Positions 49,855 through 59,421 of a DNA stretch of 64,000 nucleotides are shown one piece after another; position 1 is the stretch's first letter, and each line of letters opens with the position of its first letter. The notes below the pieces were generated by a model. It saw nothing but the letters and a program-made list of their open reading frames with translations. It was not told the origin of the DNA and ran no database searches. Position numbers and translations under genes: made by a program. This DNA comes from Nitrososphaeria archaeon (GTDB taxonomy: Archaea; Thermoproteota; Nitrososphaeria; JACIWG01), in NCBI GenBank assembly GCA_963752255.1, contig CAVVXT010000019.1, positions 81,686 through 145,685 of the forward strand, written 5' to 3'.

Positions 49855-50904
49855 TCACTCTTTCTGTAACCTAGATCTGGTAATATAACCATTCACTTTG
49901 GCGCCAGCAGGAATCGAGGAAGTTATCCAGGAGTTTCCTCCTATGACAGCATTATCCCCTATGATTGTTTCGCCTCCGAGAATAGTTGCATCGGAATAAA
50001 TAACAACATTGTTTCCAACCGTAGGATGTCTCTTACGCCCCCTTATGATCTGCCCTTTCTCGTCTTTGGGAAAACTCAGGGCACCTAAGGTTACACCTTG
50101 GTAGATTTTCACATTATCTCCAATCTCCGTAGTTTCTCCTATGACAACGCCTGTTCCATGGTCGATAAAGAAGTTTCTTCCGATCTTTGCTCCGGGGTGA
50201 ATATCGATACCTGTTTGAGAGTGGATATATTCGCTCATTATTCTAGGAATCATCGGAACGCCTCTTATGTAGAGCTCGTGAGTTATCCTGTAGGTTGCGA
50301 TGGCAAGAACGCATGGATAACTTAGAATGATCTCGTCGGTGCTCTTAGCAGCAGGATCTCCATCGTAGGCTGCTTGAATGTCTCCACTTAGGAGGGTTCT
50401 TATTTCAGGAATCTTCTCTAGAAGCTCCTTTACAACCACTTGTGCCCTTCTGTAGCAGACATCTTCAGGGCATTTTTTAATCCTTCGGCAAACGTACTTG
50501 AGGCTTTTCCCTACTTCATTAACGAGACGAAAATATATCGAGTTTAAAGTGTTGCCTAGAAAGTACCTAACATTGGATTTTGTTACTTTCTTTTTACCCA
50601 TGTAGCCAGGGAAAATTGTTGCTAAAAGGTCTTCTAGTACCTCGATAACTACCTGTTTCGATGGAAGATCTTTTCCTTCTAGGCTTTTCATTTCCCCATG
50701 ACTTTTGTAGTTTTCCATAATCTCTTCGACGAGCTTTGGTAAACCTTCCTCAACCCAATTTTCTTCTACTATCTTTTGTTCTTTCATTATCATCTCCAGC
50801 ATTTGCTCTGGACTCCATGCGTAAGGCAGTTCCTCGTTTCGCTTTTCCTCTTTAAAGCGAGATCTGTTTGATGTAGACTTCATTTGCTTTCTCATCTTTA
50901 TCAT
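49855..50904 (-). CDS. cysE: Serine O-acetyltransferase (long form)
   Basis: SATase N-terminal domain ([15 protein letters not shown]) and left-handed beta-helix hexapeptide repeats ([37 protein letters not shown]). Confidence 0.8.
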   Translation of the reverse strand: MIKMRKQMKSTSNRSRFKEEKRNEELPYAWSPEQMLEMIMKEQKIVEENWVEEGLPKLVEEIMENYKSHGEMKSLEGKDLPSKQVVIEVLEDLLATIFPGYMGKKKVTKSNVRYFLGNTLNSIYFRLVNEVGKSLKYVCRRIKKCPEDVCYRRAQVVVKELLEKIPEIRTLLSGDIQAAYDGDPAAKSTDEIILSYPCVLAIATYRITHELYIRGVPMIPRIMSEYIHSQTGIDIHPGAKIGRNFFIDHGTGVVIGETTEIGDNVKIYQGVTLGALSFPKDEKGQIIRGRKRHPTVGNNVVIYSDATILGGETIIGDNAVIGGNSWITSSIPAGAKVNGYITRSRLQKE

Positions 50905-51057
50905 GAATACAATAGTACAACACTAAGATAGGGGTCTCCTATATCTTGATTATTTTTTGATTTGAGGGGATTAAAGACGTACTTCAAAACGTTTACTACA
51001 CCTAAAGTTAAAACTTTTCTCATGACTTATCCTACTCATATTACGGCTGTCTGTTTA

Positions 51058-51073
51058 TAACGCCGTTATAAAT
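51058..51073 (-). promoter_or_regulatory. Promoter or operator upstream of cysE: TATA (ATTTATAA) abutting the palindrome TAACGGCGTTA
   Basis: A variant of the same TAAC-N3-GTTA palindrome next to a TATA box, about 150 nt upstream of the annotated cysE start. A 40-codon uORF lies between them. Confidence 0.45.
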
Positions 51074-51248
51074 CTTTTGTTTTTAAAACTTCATATAATT
51101 CAAATAAGAGAAGCTAGTTATTTCTCACTATCTAATTTTCGTCTCTGCCATCTCATCTTTGGAAATTGCATTTTTTTGCCTAGTGATCGATTTAAGTTTT
51201 AGCTCAACTTCTTTAAAAATCTTGGAATTGGGAGTGGCGGGATATCTT

Positions 51249-52205
51249 TCAACGGCGTCCTTGAGGTTCGTTCACTTCGGGTTCCTTAAATAGGGCGGTA
51301 CTCAAATATCGTTCGCCAGTGTCTGGAAACACAACTATAATGAGCTTACCATCGTTTTCGCGTCTCTTCGCTACTTCAAGGGCAGCGTAGCATGCTGCTC
51401 CAGATGAGATTCCAACGAGCAGACCCTCTTCCTTTGCAAGACGTCTAGCAATGTTGAAGGCGTCATCGTCTCTAACCTGAAAGATTTCATCCACAATATC
51501 CCTACGGAAAACGTCCGGTACAAACCCCGCTCCTATTCCCTGTATCTTATGGCGACCAGGCTGTCCACCCGAGAGAACAGGTGAGTTTAAGGGTTCAACC
51601 GCTATGATTTTTAGGCTGGGCTTTAACGGTTTGATATATTCGCCTATTCCTGTAACAGTGCCCCCTGTCCCAACTCCGCCCACTACTATGTCTACCTGCC
51701 CGTCTGTGTCATCCCATATTTCTACTGCAGTTGTTTCCCGATGTATCTTTGGGTTAGCGGGGTTCTTGAACTGCTGAGGTATGAATGAGTTGGGTGTGCT
51801 TGCGGCGACCTCTTCAGCCCTTTTGATCGCACCCTTCATCCCCTCAGCCCCAGGCGTGAGAACAAGTTCTGCACCATATGCTTTAAGGAGAGATCTTCGC
51901 TCAGCGCTCATCGTATCAGGCATTGTCAAGATGAGCTTGTAGCCTCTTACAGCCGCAACCATAGCGAGCCCAATACCAGTATTACCGCTTGTAGGTTCAA
52001 TTATGATCGTATCCTTATGGATCAATCCTTGTTTCTCAGCCTCTTGAATCATACTCAAGCATATCCTGTCCTTCACACTTCCCCCAGGGTTTCTTGACTC
52101 GAGTTTCGCGACAATTGTAGCTTTCAAGCCCTCTGTAATTCGGTTCAGTTTGATTAAGGGAGTCATACCGATGGTCTTTAACACATCATCGTAAATTTTT
52201 AGCAT
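51249..52205 (-). CDS. cysK: Cysteine synthase (O-acetylserine sulfhydrylase)
   Basis: [12 protein letters not shown] and the SVKDR PLP-lysine motif. The true start is probably ATG at 52205 (MLKIYDD...) rather than the GTG at 52229. Confidence 0.85.
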   Translation of the reverse strand: MLKIYDDVLKTIGMTPLIKLNRITEGLKATIVAKLESRNPGGSVKDRICLSMIQEAEKQGLIHKDTIIIEPTSGNTGIGLAMVAAVRGYKLILTMPDTMSAERRSLLKAYGAELVLTPGAEGMKGAIKRAEEVAASTPNSFIPQQFKNPANPKIHRETTAVEIWDDTDGQVDIVVGGVGTGGTVTGIGEYIKPLKPSLKIIAVEPLNSPVLSGGQPGRHKIQGIGAGFVPDVFRRDIVDEIFQVRDDDAFNIARRLAKEEGLLVGISSGAACYAALEVAKRRENDGKLIIVVFPDTGERYLSTALFKEPEVNEPQGRR

Positions 52206-52223
52206 ACACCTTAAGTTAGGATA

Positions 52224-52238
52224 TAACACTGTTATAAA
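52224..52238 (-). promoter_or_regulatory. cysK promoter: TATA box (TTTATAA) abutting the palindrome TAACAGTGTTA
   Basis: Minus-strand reading CAAAGATTTATAACAGTGTTA, 18 nt upstream of the cysK ATG at 52205. The same palindrome is found at two other promoters. Confidence 0.55.
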
Positions 52239-52287
52239 TCTTTGTAGATTATCTTGTTTTTAACCAGTAAATAGGAACTCGTAAAAG

Positions 52288-52608
52288 CTATTTTATTAAG
52301 GTAAACACAAGCGTGCAAATACCACATAGGTCTACTTCTACTTTCTTTGACTTTTTTGCATCAGCTATTTTTCCTGCTTCTGAACCGATAATTTTTATTA
52401 TTTCCTTATTAGCTAACAGTTCTTTAGTCAATTTTCCACCCCTCTTTGAACTAATATACTGACTAACAGCAGCCTGCGTTATTCCAAGCACCTTAGCTGC
52501 ATGGGATTGAGAGAAACCGTGTTCTTCAACAAGCTCCTTTGCGATAAGTCCTCTTATGGTTGGAAGGATATATTTTGTTGCACTCTCACATTTCGGCCTG
52601 ACAACCAT
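52288..52608 (-). CDS. Small HTH transcriptional regulator with a C-terminal CxxC; candidate regulator of the cys genes
   Basis: The HTH segment HAAKVLGITQAAVSQYIS. A likely ATG start at 52608 (MVVRPK...). It lies immediately upstream of cysK and cysE. Confidence 0.5.
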   Translation of the reverse strand: MVVRPKCESATKYILPTIRGLIAKELVEEHGFSQSHAAKVLGITQAAVSQYISSKRGGKLTKELLANKEIIKIIGSEAGKIADAKKSKKVEVDLCGICTLVFTLIK

Positions 52609-52623
52609 TATTTTGAATTGACT

Positions 52624-52641
52624 TAACACTGTTATTAAAAG
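52624..52641 (-). promoter_or_regulatory. HTH-regulator promoter: A/T box (TTTTAATAA) abutting the palindrome TAACAGTGTTA
   Basis: Same architecture, about 15 nt upstream of the ATG at 52608. Confidence 0.5.
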
Positions 52642-52724
52642 TTTGCCTTAAATTCAATACTTAGGTATAATAAAACTTTTGTATAATTTCCATTTCCTCT
52701 TTTAAAAGTTGTAAACATAAGGCT

Positions 52725-53591
52725 TTGAATGTTTTTATAGTGAAGTTGCTAGAAAAGTTTAGAAGGTTAATATGTCTCGGAAAAAAAAATGGTAAAACAA
52801 ATCTTATATCTTTAGCTGAGCTCGTTTCTTTAAGCGGAAAGAGAGCGTTAATTACGGGTTCAGGTTCAGGAATTGGCAAGGCAATTGCCTATAGGTTTGC
52901 TGAAGCAGGTGCTAGTCTACAGTTAGTTGATATTAAAGAAGAGAGCTTAGTTGCAGTGAAAGAAGAACTCAAGCAGTTTAACATGGATATAAGTGTTCAT
53001 AAGGTTAATCTGTCCAAGAAAGAGGAAATTGACTCTTTATGGAAGTAGTTAGAAGGAAAAGAGCCCGACATTTTGGTTAACAATGCTGGAATATATCCAA
53101 CTAAGTCATTTTTGGACGTAGATGAAGCCTTCCTGGAGAAAGTGATGGATATTAACCTGAACGCAGTTTTCTGGATGTGCCAACACATGATAAAAAGCAG
53201 GCTAAAAATTGGTGGTGTAATCATAAACATGGGCTCAATTGAAGCTATAATGCCTTTGAAAGAGGATTTGTGCCATTATGATATCAGTAAGGCAGGAATT
53301 ATGGTTCTCTCAAGAGCTCTTGCCAGCGAATACGGTAAGCATGGCTTTAGAATAAATGTCCTTGTTCCAGGTGGAATATAGAAATAAGGGACTAAAAACC
53401 TGGCAAAAGAGGCAACAAAATTCAAACTGAATATCATCAAGTCTGGCATAGAATATAACATAAGGACTCCTTTAGGCAGATTGGGAAAGCCGGATGAGAT
53501 AGCACGTATGGCCTTGGTTCTCGCAACCGAGTTGTCCAGCTACGTTAATGGAACACTTATTGCCGTTGACGGGGGCTTTTTATCGGCTTAA
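52725..53591 (+). pseudogene. Short-chain dehydrogenase/reductase (FabG-like) interrupted by three in-frame stop codons
   Basis: [39 protein letters not shown] and VDGGF are all in a single frame. TAG at 53049-51, TAG at 53379-81 and TAA at 53385-87 interrupt it, with no indel. Confidence 0.6.
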
Positions 53592-53774
53592 GATGGCTCA
53601 CTAAAAACAGAATAAGATAAATTTTGACCTTTAGGAGATTTAGCAACTGGAGACGGAATTCATTTAGTTTCTATAGAAATAATATCAATTTTTTTTCATT
53701 ATCAGTTTATTTAATTTGTAGTAAAATTTTGAAAATCAACTGATATTCTATGACCTAAGTAGTGTAAATATATA

Positions 53775-53866
53775 TGGGGCCAGTGGGATTCGAACCCACG
53801 CTCACCAGCGATCTGGGCTACATGCTCCCCAGGCTGGCATCTTTGACCAAGCTGGACGATGACCCC
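53775..53866 (-). tRNA. tRNA-Pro (anticodon GGG) with a 16-nt intron at the canonical 37/38 position; CCA not encoded
   Basis: Manual fold. Acceptor GGGGTCA/TGGCCCC, discriminator A, T-arm GTGGG-TTCGAAT-CCCAC. Anticodon stem CCAGC/GCTGG encloses a 23-nt loop, CTGGGG + AGCATGTAGCCCAGAT + C. Intron CCCAG pairs with anticodon-loop CTGGG. Confidence 0.75.
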
Positions 53867-53924
53867 GTCAAACGGTGATTGCATTATGTGGTTTATTTGT
53901 GTATTGCTTAACCTCTTTTGTGCA

Positions 53925-54704
53925 TTATTTAACATCTAACCTAAGATTTCTGAGAACTTTTTCAAAGGTTTCCTGTTTCGGATTCTGTTTGTATTCTCTA
54001 AGGCCTTCTATAATAGGTTTAATTTCCTTTATCCCGAGCGTTCTCCTTACCTTTGGAGAAAGCTTCCCGCCTACAAAGAGACTCTGTGCAAGAGAAGTCA
54101 CGTTCGAGTATTTCTTATTCGAGTTCGCTGATTCGAAGTCGAGTATCACGGGTTTATAATTTGACTTTATAATAATGTGTTTAACTGGGTTACTGAGTTC
54201 ACAGTGCGCTACTTTATTTTTATCTAAAACAAAACATTGTGTAAGCATGTCTTTCAAAACCCTTCGAAGCCTTCCAGCTTTTCCTCTGCCTTTAAGATCT
54301 TCTATAAAGTCTCCGATCCTTTTTCCTTTAATATGCTCCAACACTAGGAACTCGTCTGTTACATAATACAGTTTTGGCCCCACTCCCAAAGCATTTACCT
54401 TGCTGAGAAATGCTCCTTCATCCTTCAGCGTTTTCCTATTCGAGTCTGTTCTAAGCAATTTGACAGCTGTAAGGCCATATCTTGTTTTGGCAGATATGAC
54501 TACAGCTGTACATCCTTTGCCGAGCACCTGCAAGCCGTCAATTTGTGTCTTTCCTTGGATGAAAACTTCCTTTAAACCAGCACCCTTCAACTTCCTTATT
54601 ATTTTATGAACTCTTAAATCATCAACCTTCGGATAAGAAAGTAAAAGGTTGTATGGTGCAACTGTAAGACTGTTAATCGAAATAGTTTTTTTCTTTAGGC
54701 TCAA
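53925..54704 (-). CDS. Atypical Ser/Thr protein kinase (RIO/Bud32-like)
   Basis: Gly-rich loop LGKGCTAVV, the beta3 Lys in AVKLL, catalytic loop HCELSNP and a DFE motif in place of DFG (ILDFESA). 259 aa. Confidence 0.5.
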   Translation of the reverse strand: MSLKKKTISINSLTVAPYNLLLSYPKVDDLRVHKIIRKLKGAGLKEVFIQGKTQIDGLQVLGKGCTAVVISAKTRYGLTAVKLLRTDSNRKTLKDEGAFLSKVNALGVGPKLYYVTDEFLVLEHIKGKRIGDFIEDLKGRGKAGRLRRVLKDMLTQCFVLDKNKVAHCELSNPVKHIIIKSNYKPVILDFESANSNKKYSNVTSLAQSLFVGGKLSPKVRRTLGIKEIKPIIEGLREYKQNPKQETFEKVLRNLRLDVK

Positions 54705-56049
54705 AGACCTCGCATACTCCTTCGAGAAGCCACCTTCTCTTATCGGATAGTACTGTTTTCCCGACGTAAACCTTGTTCTCTTCCTTTAAATATCGTGTTA
54801 TCTTCTTGGATACACCAAACTTTGTCGGTTCTCTGATGATTTCCTTCAAAATCGAAGTTGTTGAATCTAAATGTCGGCCAACCAATGCACAAGCTTTGCC
54901 TTCTCCGTCCACCCAAATAAGTAGTGCATCTTTGCGGTTTTTTGAGAGAAAACTCTGCATGTTGTCCGTGTCAAAGACGGAAGGACCTTTTTTGATCTGG
55001 TATTTAGAAATAGCCATCATCTGAAAAAGAAATATAAACGCGCTAGTCTTTTGGTCGTCGCTTACAGCGACAGACCTTATCACCTTGAAGTCGAATTTCT
55101 CAAAATGTTTGGTAAGGCTGCTGAGAGTGTGATTCAACATTCCCCATAGGATGTCAACGCTCATTTTTTCATGCTCGAACACTATCGTCAAGAGATTTCC
55201 TGCGAGTGGCAAGGTCAGCTGTTTTTTGGTTACTTTCTTTTTCTCTTCACTGAAAAAATCCACTGATGGATGCTTTAGGAAACTTCTTGATTCCAGTATA
55301 AATCTGGATAGAGTCGTTATATAAAGTGCTCTTCCCAAGTTTCTGTTTATGTCAATTGGATCTGTTACTATGATTTTATCGTCATGAAATCTATCCTTAA
55401 CATATTCTAATTTATCTGTTTCAGAAATTATTAGTGGTAAACGCCACCTTTGAGCATTTTTTATGAGATTTTCAAAGGTAGCGTAACGATATACTAAGAC
55501 TTCACACATGTATCCGCTGAACCCTCCGATCTTTATTTCTGCACCGTACGTTTCCGATGCTTTCATAAACTTCTTAAGTATTCTGACTTCACTTTTTTGT
55601 TTTTGGCTCAGATTGTCGCGCATGAATTCAAGATGGTAGGGTGAACGATCAGCAGCGGTCAACCAGTTTCCTCGTTCAACACTATAGCATGGCACGATGT
55701 TGATGCGTGCTTTGTTGACATACGTCTCCACATAGGGGTGCTCCGCGTATCTGATGATCAAGTTGTCTTTCCCAAATGCTTCGCAAGAGATTTTGAAACT
55801 GTCATCTTCAAGATCCGATTTTGTGGCTTGCAGCGGATACCTTAGGAATATGTCTATGTCAGCCTTTCCAGGAAGCCATGTGTCACGCGCGTACGACCCT
55901 CCCATTATCACTTCAGGTTTGAATGGGCTCTGCTCCGCATGTTTTCTTACACTGTTTACTACTCGTCCAGCGATATCTCCAACTTCCTTGTATCGCTCAG
56001 GGGAAGGCGTCGTTAAGCTTCGAGCTTCCTCAATAATTTTGGAGAGCAA
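54673..56049 (-). CDS. cca: Archaeal class I CCA-adding tRNA nucleotidyltransferase
   Basis: GGSYARDTWLPGKADIDIF matches the archaeal CCA enzyme motif (GS..rgT.l.g.sDiDiF). 458 aa. Confidence 0.85.
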   Translation of the reverse strand: MLSKIIEEARSLTTPSPERYKEVGDIAGRVVNSVRKHAEQSPFKPEVIMGGSYARDTWLPGKADIDIFLRYPLQATKSDLEDDSFKISCEAFGKDNLIIRYAEHPYVETYVNKARINIVPCYSVERGNWLTAADRSPYHLEFMRDNLSQKQKSEVRILKKFMKASETYGAEIKIGGFSGYMCEVLVYRYATFENLIKNAQRWRLPLIISETDKLEYVKDRFHDDKIIVTDPIDINRNLGRALYITTLSRFILESRSFLKHPSVDFFSEEKKKVTKKQLTLPLAGNLLTIVFEHEKMSVDILWGMLNHTLSSLTKHFEKFDFKVIRSVAVSDDQKTSAFIFLFQMMAISKYQIKKGPSVFDTDNMQSFLSKNRKDALLIWVDGEGKACALVGRHLDSTTSILKEIIREPTKFGVSKKITRYLKEENKVYVGKTVLSDKRRWLLEGVCEVFEPKEKNYFD

Positions 56050-56060
56050 GAGTATCCCTC

Positions 56061-56630
56061 CTATCCGACGATATGTAGGTCCGTATAAATCGGACCCTTA
56101 GGTGTGAGGACGCTTTTCTTAATCTTAAGCCTAGATACGGAATCTTCACCAAAGTTGGTGTCTTGAGATTTTCTGATGTATTCACCGAGTTCTAGCCTGT
56201 GAAGTCCACTTTTCATCCTAAGTATTGTAAGATGTGGATCGAACCTGTTGTCGGCTGGAAATCCGGCATCGCTCAGTGCGGACTCTGTTTTTTTCCATAG
56301 GGAAACCATCGACTTCGACGACTCATCATCGACGCCTATCCATACAACGTTTATGTGGGAAAGTGAAGGGAAAGCGCCCATACCCCTGTAGGTTACTTTG
56401 AATGGATCAAACTTGATGTGTGATAAAGCATCAACCATCCTATTAACCTTTGATTCTTCAATTTCTCCAAGAAACTTTATCGTAAAGTGCAGGTTCTCCG
56501 CTTCTACGGGCTTTGCATCTATTCCCAATGACAAAATCTGTCTCTGAGCTTCCATAATGTTTGCCTTGACCTGCTCATCTTCAAGATCTAATGCGATAAA
56601 GGTGCGTACTAAACTCATTCTACAAAGCAA
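56061..56630 (-). CDS. thpR: RNA 2',3'-cyclic phosphodiesterase / 2'-5' RNA ligase (LigT/ThpR, 2H family)
   Basis: Two H-x-T/S-x motifs, HFTIKFLG and HLTILR. 189 aa. Confidence 0.85.
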   Translation of the reverse strand: MLCRMSLVRTFIALDLEDEQVKANIMEAQRQILSLGIDAKPVEAENLHFTIKFLGEIEESKVNRMVDALSHIKFDPFKVTYRGMGAFPSLSHINVVWIGVDDESSKSMVSLWKKTESALSDAGFPADNRFDPHLTILRMKSGLHRLELGEYIRKSQDTNFGEDSVSRLKIKKSVLTPKGPIYTDLHIVG

Positions 56631-56689
56631 TATTATGCCACGTTGATAAATATTATCAAAATATATAATTTGGCTATGTAGAAAGGTGG

Positions 56690-57256
56690 ATGTGTGGTGA
56701 ATTGAAGTTCATAATCTGCTTAACCGGCCTGCCTGGCTCAGGCAAAACAACTGTCGCCCAGAAAATTGCTCAAATGGGCTTCTATTACATAAGTCTGGGC
56801 GACGTTGTTAGAGAGCTGACCAAGATAAGAGGGTTAGCGATTAACAGTGTAAACCTTGGTTCTGTTATGGTTGCCTTAAGGAAAGAAAACGGTCCGCAGG
56901 CAGTAGCCGAACTTTCTCTGAAGGTCTTTCCAAAGGATGGAGAATTGGTCGTAGTTGACGGAATAAGGAGCAATTATGAAGTAGATGCTTACAGGTCCAT
57001 CTGTAAAGTTAGACTGTTAGCGATACATGCGTCTCCGCAAAGAAGATTTGAGTTCCTTGAGTTTAGGGATAGGAGTGATGCTCCGACATCACGAACAGAC
57101 TTCGATCTACGGGATAAGAGAGAGCTCGAGATAGGTGTAGGAAACGCCATCGCTCTAGCTGATGAGATAATATCAAACAATTCTTCTATGCGTGACTTGA
57201 TTCAAAAAGCGAAGAGAATTGTTAAATTTTGGCTTGAAGAAGATGACTCTCGATGA
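56690..57256 (+). CDS. P-loop nucleotide/nucleoside kinase (UPF0200/adenylate-kinase-like)
   Basis: IICLTGLPGSGKTTVAQK Walker A. About 188 aa. Confidence 0.5.
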   Translation: MCGELKFIICLTGLPGSGKTTVAQKIAQMGFYYISLGDVVRELTKIRGLAINSVNLGSVMVALRKENGPQAVAELSLKVFPKDGELVVVDGIRSNYEVDAYRSICKVRLLAIHASPQRRFEFLEFRDRSDAPTSRTDFDLRDKRELEIGVGNAIALADEIISNNSSMRDLIQKAKRIVKFWLEEDDSR

Positions 57257-57702
57257 TTCCGAAACTCGAAATAAAGATCAAAGTCCAGATTAGCGCGGTT
57301 TTGAACGCCTCAGAAGATGTGGGTAAGGTGAATGCTGCGATAAAGAATGTCGTCGGAAACGTTGAACCAAGCAACAGAGAGGAGACCGACAATCTCCTCG
57401 TATGGGAATTTGATAGCATAAACGCTCTCTACAACTTCTATAGCAAGATTAGGGAAAGAAAAATAACTGCAGCAGCAAGAAGATTAATAATCAAAAACAG
57501 TAGAAACGATTCCACTTGGGTTTATTTGAATAGGCAGGCAGCGTCTGTGGGCAACATCGTTTTGTGCGATGATCCAGAAGAATCTCCGTTGGGTCCCTTA
57601 GTTTTAAGGTTCGAGAGCCCACTGTTGATGGAGGTAGTCGATTGGCTCACAGGGGAAAAGGAAATTAACGATGTGACAAAGGATTTGAGGAGACGTTTAT
57701 GA
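57253..57702 (+). CDS. Hypothetical protein (possibly an RNA-binding UPF0201/COG1325-like protein)
   Basis: Translationally coupled (ATGA overlaps) to both neighbours. The family guess is weak. Confidence 0.35.
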   Translation: MIPKLEIKIKVQISAVLNASEDVGKVNAAIKNVVGNVEPSNREETDNLLVWEFDSINALYNFYSKIRERKITAAARRLIIKNSRNDSTWVYLNRQAASVGNIVLCDDPEESPLGPLVLRFESPLLMEVVDWLTGEKEINDVTKDLRRRL

Positions 57703-58490
57703 ACATAATTTCCCTTTCAACTCTTTTTATGTGGCCTCAACCTCTAAAGTTTGTTCTCAGCGAACTTTCCAAGAAGATAGATGGGGATGAGAGGCCAGAC
57801 GCATGGGACCTCGTAGATGACAGGGACTATCGTTTCACAAAATATAATTTATCGAGGTATAGACAATTATCGGAGTCGGGTCTGAAGTTCACAGTACACG
57901 GACCTCTTTTCATAACAAAGTACATCGACCGCGATAAAAGGGTTAGAGCCAAGTCCTTAAACGCGTTAAAGGATTCTATGCTCAACTCAGTTGAGCTATC
58001 TCCCCTAGCATATGTTTTCCATCCGGCTGCAATACCTAAAGGATTCACAAAGGAAGAAGTTAAGGTTGAGCATTACGAATTTCTAGAGCAGGTTAACGAC
58101 TATTCAAAATCCATAGGCTTAAAAATTTTCATAGAAAACCACATCACTAACCTAGGCCAAATGTTTACGACGCCGGAAGAATTCCTAGAATTCTACGATA
58201 GAACCGGAACCGATCTAATGATGACGTTTGACGCGGGGCACGCTAACATAGACGGGGCGGCAAAGGCATTTATAGACAAGCTCTGTGAGAAGATCGGTGT
58301 CGTACACGTTCACGACAACAATGGTACTTCGGACCAACATCTAGGCATAGGCAGAGGAAACATAAACTGGAATTATATCATTGGGAAACTTAAGGACTGC
58401 CGTTTTACTGGACCATATATCGTAGAAAGCGTGCATGAACCCTTTGAAACCGTTCGCAATCTGAGGCTTCTCATAAATGGTAGATCTTAA
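57699..58490 (+). CDS. Xylose-isomerase-like TIM-barrel protein (sugar-phosphate isomerase/epimerase, AP endonuclease 2 family)
   Basis: IFIENH, DAGHANI and HVHDNNG metal-ligand pattern. 263 aa. Confidence 0.6.
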   Translation: MNIISLSTLFMWPQPLKFVLSELSKKIDGDERPDAWDLVDDRDYRFTKYNLSRYRQLSESGLKFTVHGPLFITKYIDRDKRVRAKSLNALKDSMLNSVELSPLAYVFHPAAIPKGFTKEEVKVEHYEFLEQVNDYSKSIGLKIFIENHITNLGQMFTTPEEFLEFYDRTGTDLMMTFDAGHANIDGAAKAFIDKLCEKIGVVHVHDNNGTSDQHLGIGRGNINWNYIIGKLKDCRFTGPYIVESVHEPFETVRNLRLLINGRS

Positions 58491-59415
58491 GTGGTTCTTT
58501 CGAGTCCGGATAGGGTACTTCAATCACATCCAAATCCTCTGGTATGATGACGTTCTTGTAGTGTTTCAAAGCTTCACTTAGGAGAAATGAAGAGTCTTCA
58601 TATCTGGCGCTCAAATGTACGAGGGCAAGCATCTTAACGTTGGCTCCAAAAGCGATTTTAGCCGCGTCCGAGGAAGTTGAATGCATATTCTGTGCTGCTT
58701 TGTCAGCATCCTTATCCGAGTATGTGGATTCAAAAACAAGCAAGTCGGCATTCTTAAAAAATTTGGACAATGATGAATGGGGACGCGTGTCTCCAGAGAA
58801 CCCTAACATCCTTCCCGGTCTGGAAGGTCCAAGGATAGCCTCTGGTCTGATGATTTTCTTGTTTAGAGTGACCTTCTCACCAGATTGAATCCTATGCCAC
58901 AGAGGCCCCTCCGGTATCCCTAAGCTCTTGGCTTTTTGTACATTAAATCTCCCGGGTCTTGGCAACTCCTTGAAAAGGTAGCAGTATTCGTTAACGGGGT
59001 GCAATCCTTTTTTTGCGTAAACCTCGTATTCTTTTTCTTTGACGATCAACCCTTCTTTAACTTCCAAAATATTCACAGGATACTGAAGTTCAACTTTCAA
59101 ATATTTTATCGTCGAGTTTATGAAGCCCTTAACCCCCTTAGGTCCATAAATATCCAAGGCCCTAGAGCGTTTCAGCATACTCATTGTCTGCATTAGACCG
59201 GTTAGCCCTCCTATGTGGTCTCCGTGAAGGTGAGTTATCAAAATCTTCATTCTTCTGCAGAATCCTATGCCCGCGATAACCATCTGTCTTTGTGCACCTT
59301 CACCGCAATCTACGATTATGACCTCATCCTTTCTAAGAACCGCTATCGATGGAAAACTTCTGCTGGCTACAGGTACGGCCGACGACGTACCCAGAAAGAC
59401 CACTTTAAGGCTCAA
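58471..59415 (-). CDS. rnz: Ribonuclease Z (tRNA 3' endonuclease)
   Basis: VFLGTSSAVP ... THLHGDHIGGL metallo-beta-lactamase HxHxDH motif in the short-form RNase Z layout. 314 aa. Confidence 0.85.
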   Translation of the reverse strand: MSLKVVFLGTSSAVPVASRSFPSIAVLRKDEVIIVDCGEGAQRQMVIAGIGFCRRMKILITHLHGDHIGGLTGLMQTMSMLKRSRALDIYGPKGVKGFINSTIKYLKVELQYPVNILEVKEGLIVKEKEYEVYAKKGLHPVNEYCYLFKELPRPGRFNVQKAKSLGIPEGPLWHRIQSGEKVTLNKKIIRPEAILGPSRPGRMLGFSGDTRPHSSLSKFFKNADLLVFESTYSDKDADKAAQNMHSTSSDAAKIAFGANVKMLALVHLSARYEDSSFLLSEALKHYKNVIIPEDLDVIEVPYPDSKEPLKIYHL

Positions 59416-59421
59416 AGTCTT

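Noticed and set aside
52725-53591. Stop-codon recoding (for example pyrrolysine or readthrough) in the SDR gene
   Set aside because: Both TAG and TAA occur as the internal stops. The same codons terminate neighbouring genes normally. No Pyl machinery is evident. A pseudogene or substitution error is more parsimonious.
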